From Octopus sinensis (lineage: Eukaryota), in contig NC_042998.1 in assembly GCF_006345805.1 (NCBI RefSeq), positions 76,694,001-76,758,000 on the forward strand: DNA of 64,000 bases, in the 5' to 3' direction. How positions within the stretch are numbered: the first letter of the stretch is position 1; each line of letters begins with the position of its first letter. Below are positions 60,538 to 64,000 of the stretch, in pieces. The position numbers and the translations under genes are program-made. The notes beneath the pieces were generated by a model. It was not told the DNA's origin. It searched no databases and saw only the letters and a program-made list of their open reading frames with translations.

Positions 60538-63500
60538 CAGCGAACAGGTCAGCCGGAATTTAGGGAGAATTAACGAAATTCTAATAGGTTGTTAGCGATG
60601 AGATCATTTAAAACTGTCAGTCCTAACGTAGTAGAGAGGGAGAAAAAAGAAAAAAGGAGCAAAAATATTCTTAGCTTTGCGTATCGTCATCGTGTGGCAG
60701 AATAAAAATAAAAAATGGCCAGCGAACAGGTCAGCCGGAATTTAGGGAGAATTAACGAAATTCTAATAGGTTGTTAGCGATGAGATCATTTAAAACTGTC
60801 AGTCCTAACGTAGTAGAGAGGAGAAAAAAGAAAAAGGAGCAAAAATATTCTTAGCTTTGCGTATCGTCATCGTGTGGCAGAATAAAAATAAAAAATGGCC
60901 AGCGAACAGGTCAGCCGGAATTTAGGGAGAATTAACGAAATTCTAATAGGTTGTTAGCGATGAGATCATTTAAAACTGTCAGTCCTAACGTAGTAGAGAG
61001 GGAGAAAAAAGAAAAAAGGAGCAAAAATATTCTTAGCTTTGCGTATCGTCATCGTGTGGCAGAATAAAAAAAAAATGGCCAGCGAACAGGTCAGCCGGAA
61101 TTTAGGGAGAATTAACGAATTCTAATAGGTTGTTAGCGATGAGATCATTTAAAACTGTCAGTCCTACGTATAGAGAGGAGAAAACAGAAAAAAGGAGCAA
61201 AAATATTCTTAGCTTTGCGTATCGTCATCGTGTGGCAGAATAAAATAAAAAATGGCCAGCGAACAGGTCAGCCGGAATTTAGGGAGAATTAACGAAATTC
61301 TAATAGGTTGTTAGCGATGAGATCATTTAAAACTGTCAGTCCTAACGTAGTAGAGAGGGAGAAAAAAGAAAAAGGAGCAAAAATATTCTTAGCTTTGCGT
61401 ATCGTCATCGTGTGGCACAATAAAAATAAAAAATGGCCAGCGAACAGGTCAGCCGGAATTTAGGGAGAATAACGAAATTCTAATAGGTTGTTAGCGATGA
61501 GATCATTTAAAACTGTCAGTCCTAACGTAGTAGAGAGGGAGAAAAAAAAAAAGGAGCAAAAATATTCTTAGCTTTGCGTATCGTCATCGTGTGGCAGAAT
61601 AAAAATAAAATGGCTAGCGAACAGGTCAGCCGGAATTTAGGGAGAATTAACGAAATTCTAATAGGTTGTTAGCGATGAGATCATTTAAAACTGTCAGTCC
61701 TAACGTAGTAGAGAGGGAGAAAAAAAAAAAAGGAGCAAAAATATTCTTAGCTTTGCGTATCGTCATCGTGTGGCTGAATAAAAATAAAAATGGCCAGCGA
61801 ACAGGTCAGCCGGAATTTAGGTAGAATTAACGAAATTCTAATAGGTGTTAGCGATGAGATCATTTAAAACTGTCAGTCCTAACGTAGTAGAGAGGGAGAA
61901 AAAAAGAAAAAAGGAGCAAAAATATTCTTAGCTTTGCGTATCGTCATCGTGGTGGCAGAATAAAAATAAAAAATGGCCAGCGAACAGGTCAGCCGGAATT
62001 TAGGGAGAATTAACGAAATTCTAATAGGTTGTTAGCGATGAGATCATTTAAAACTGTCAGTCCTAACGTAGTAGAGAGGGAGAAAAAAGAAAAAAGGAGC
62101 AAAAATATCTTAGCTTTGCGTATCGTCATCGTGTGGCAGAATAAAAATAAAAAATGGCCAGCGAACAGGTCAGCCGGAATTTAGGGAGAATTAACGAAAT
62201 TCTAATAGGTTGTTAGCGATGAGATCATTTAAAACTGTCAGTCCTAACGTAGTAGAGAGGGAAAAAAGAAAAAAGGAGCAAAAATTCTTAGCTTTGCGTA
62301 TCGTCATCGTGTGGCAGAATAAAAATAAAAATGGCCAGCGAACAGGTCAGCCGGAATTTAGGGAGAATTAACGAAATTCTAATAGGTTGTTAGCGATGAG
62401 ATCATTTAAAACTGTCAGTCCTAACGTAGTAGAGAGGGAGAAAAAGAAAAAAGGAGCAAAAATATTCTTAGCTTTGCGTATCGTCATCGTGTGGCAGAAT
62501 AAAAATAAAAAATGGCCAGCGAACAGGTCAGCCGGAATTTAGGGAGAATTAACGAAATTCTAATAGGTTGTTAGCGATGAGATCATTTAAAACTGTCAGT
62601 CGTCCTAACGTAGTAGAGAGGGAGAAAAAGAAAAAAAGGAGCAAAAATATTCTTAGCTTTGCGTATCGTCATCGTGTGGCAGAATAAAATAAAAATGGCC
62701 AGCGAACAGGTCAGCCGGAATTTAGGGAGAATTAACGAAATTCTAATAGGTTGTTAGCGATGAGATCATTTAAAACTGTCAGTCCTAACGTAGTAGAGAG
62801 GGAGAAAAAAGAAAAAAGAGCAAAAATATTCTTAGCTTTGCGTATCGTCATCGTGTGGCACAATAAAAATAAAAAATGGCCAGCGAACAGGTCAGCCGGA
62901 ATTTAGGGAGAATTAACGAAATTCTAATAGGTTGTTAGCGATGAGATCATTTAAAACTGTCAGTCCTAACGTAGTAGAGAGGGAGAAAAAAGAAAAAGGA
63001 GCAAAAATATTCTTAGCTTTGCGTATCGTCATCGTGTGGCACAATAAAAATAAAAAATGGCCAGCGAACAGGTCAGCCGGAATTTAGGGAGAATTAACGA
63101 AATTCTAATAGGTTGTTAGCGATGAGATCATTTAAAACTGTCAGTCCTAACGTAGTAGAGAGGGAGAAAAAAGAAAAAAGGAGCAAAATATTCTTAGCTT
63201 TGCGTATCGTCATCGTGTGGCAGAATAAAAATAAAAATGGCCAGCGAACAGGTCAGCCGGAATTTAGGGAGAATTAACGAAATTCTAATAGGTTGTTAGC
63301 GATGAGATCATTTAAAACTGTCAGTCCTAACGTAGTAGAGAGGGAGAAAAAGAAAAAAGGAGCAAAATATCCTTAGCTTTGCGTATCGTCATCGTGTGGC
63401 AGAATAAAATAAAAAATGGCCAGCGAACAGGTCAGCCGGAATTAGGGAGAATTAACGAAATTCTAATAGGTTGTTAGCGATGAGATCATTTAAAACTGTC

Positions 63501-64000
63501 AGTCCTAACGTAGTAGAGAGGGAGAAAAAAGAAAAAAGGAGCAAAAATCTTAGCTTTGCGTATCGTCATCGTGTGGCAGAATAAAAATAAAAAGGCTAGC
63601 GAACAGGTCAGCCGAATTTAGGGAGAATTAACGAAATCTAATAGGTTGTTAGCGATGAGATCATTTAAAACTGTCAGTCCTAACGTAGTAGAGAGGGAGA
63701 AAAAAGAAAAAAGGAGCAAAAATATTCTTAGCTTTGCGTATCGTCATCGTGTGGCTGAATAAAAATAAAAAATGGCCAGCGAACAGGTCAGCCGGAATTT
63801 AGGTAGAATTAACGAAATTCTAATAGGTTGTTAGCGATGAGATCATTTAAAACTGTCAGTCCTAACGTAGTAGAGAGGGAGAAAAAAGAAAAAAGGAGCA
63901 AAAATATTCTTAGCTTTGCGTATCGTCATCGTGTGGCAGAATAAAAATAAAAAATGGCCAGCGAACAGGTCAGCCGGAATTTAGGGAGAATTAACGAAAT
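60538..64000. repeat. Tandem satellite, ~180-bp monomer (176-183 bp), 19 complete units plus a partial unit, open at the window end
   Basis: Unit starts (CAGCGAACAGG) at 60538, 60720, 60900, 61080, 61257, 61438, 61615, 61795, 61978, 62159, 62336, 62517, 62700, 62881, 63062, 63242, 63421, 63597, 63777, 63959. Confidence 0.99.

Noticed and set aside
60538-64000. Satellite as a CRISPR array, coding repeat, or pistol/hammerhead ribozyme array (TTAGGG/CCTAA complementarity, CGATGA and GAAA words)
   Set aside because: No unique spacers or cas genes, stops in all frames, and the catalytic cores and helices cannot be built.

Overview
AT-rich, microsatellite-saturated animal genomic DNA. The SINE and repeat families look like those of Octopus (coleoid cephalopod); this is inference from recognised repeats, not a database hit. 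No host protein-coding exon could be supported, and most short ORFs in the track are translated microsatellites. Retroelements: a near-intact RTE LINE (56441-60340, minus, one +1 frameshift), a 5'-truncated CR1/L2-group LINE (27307-29128), a decayed I/Jockey-type ORF1, an internally deleted R4/Dong element, Penelope-like (PLE) fragments and several tRNA-derived SINE families. DNA transposons: three IS630-Tc1-mariner relics with different triads (DD36E, DD34D, DD37E), a mariner MITE and a THAP + SWIM (ISL2EU-like) remnant. A homogeneous ~180-bp satellite runs from 60538 off the window end. The most interesting signal is non-coding. There are at least five sequence-distinct hammerhead-ribozyme (HHR) motif families, including one solitary near-canonical type I HHR at 19195-19250. 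There are also about ten long fold-back inverted repeats, many abutting (TA)n tracts. Two copies of one family fold at the same position, and another fold-back has its axis on an HHR-like motif. All RNA folds were done by eye and need computational and biochemical confirmation.
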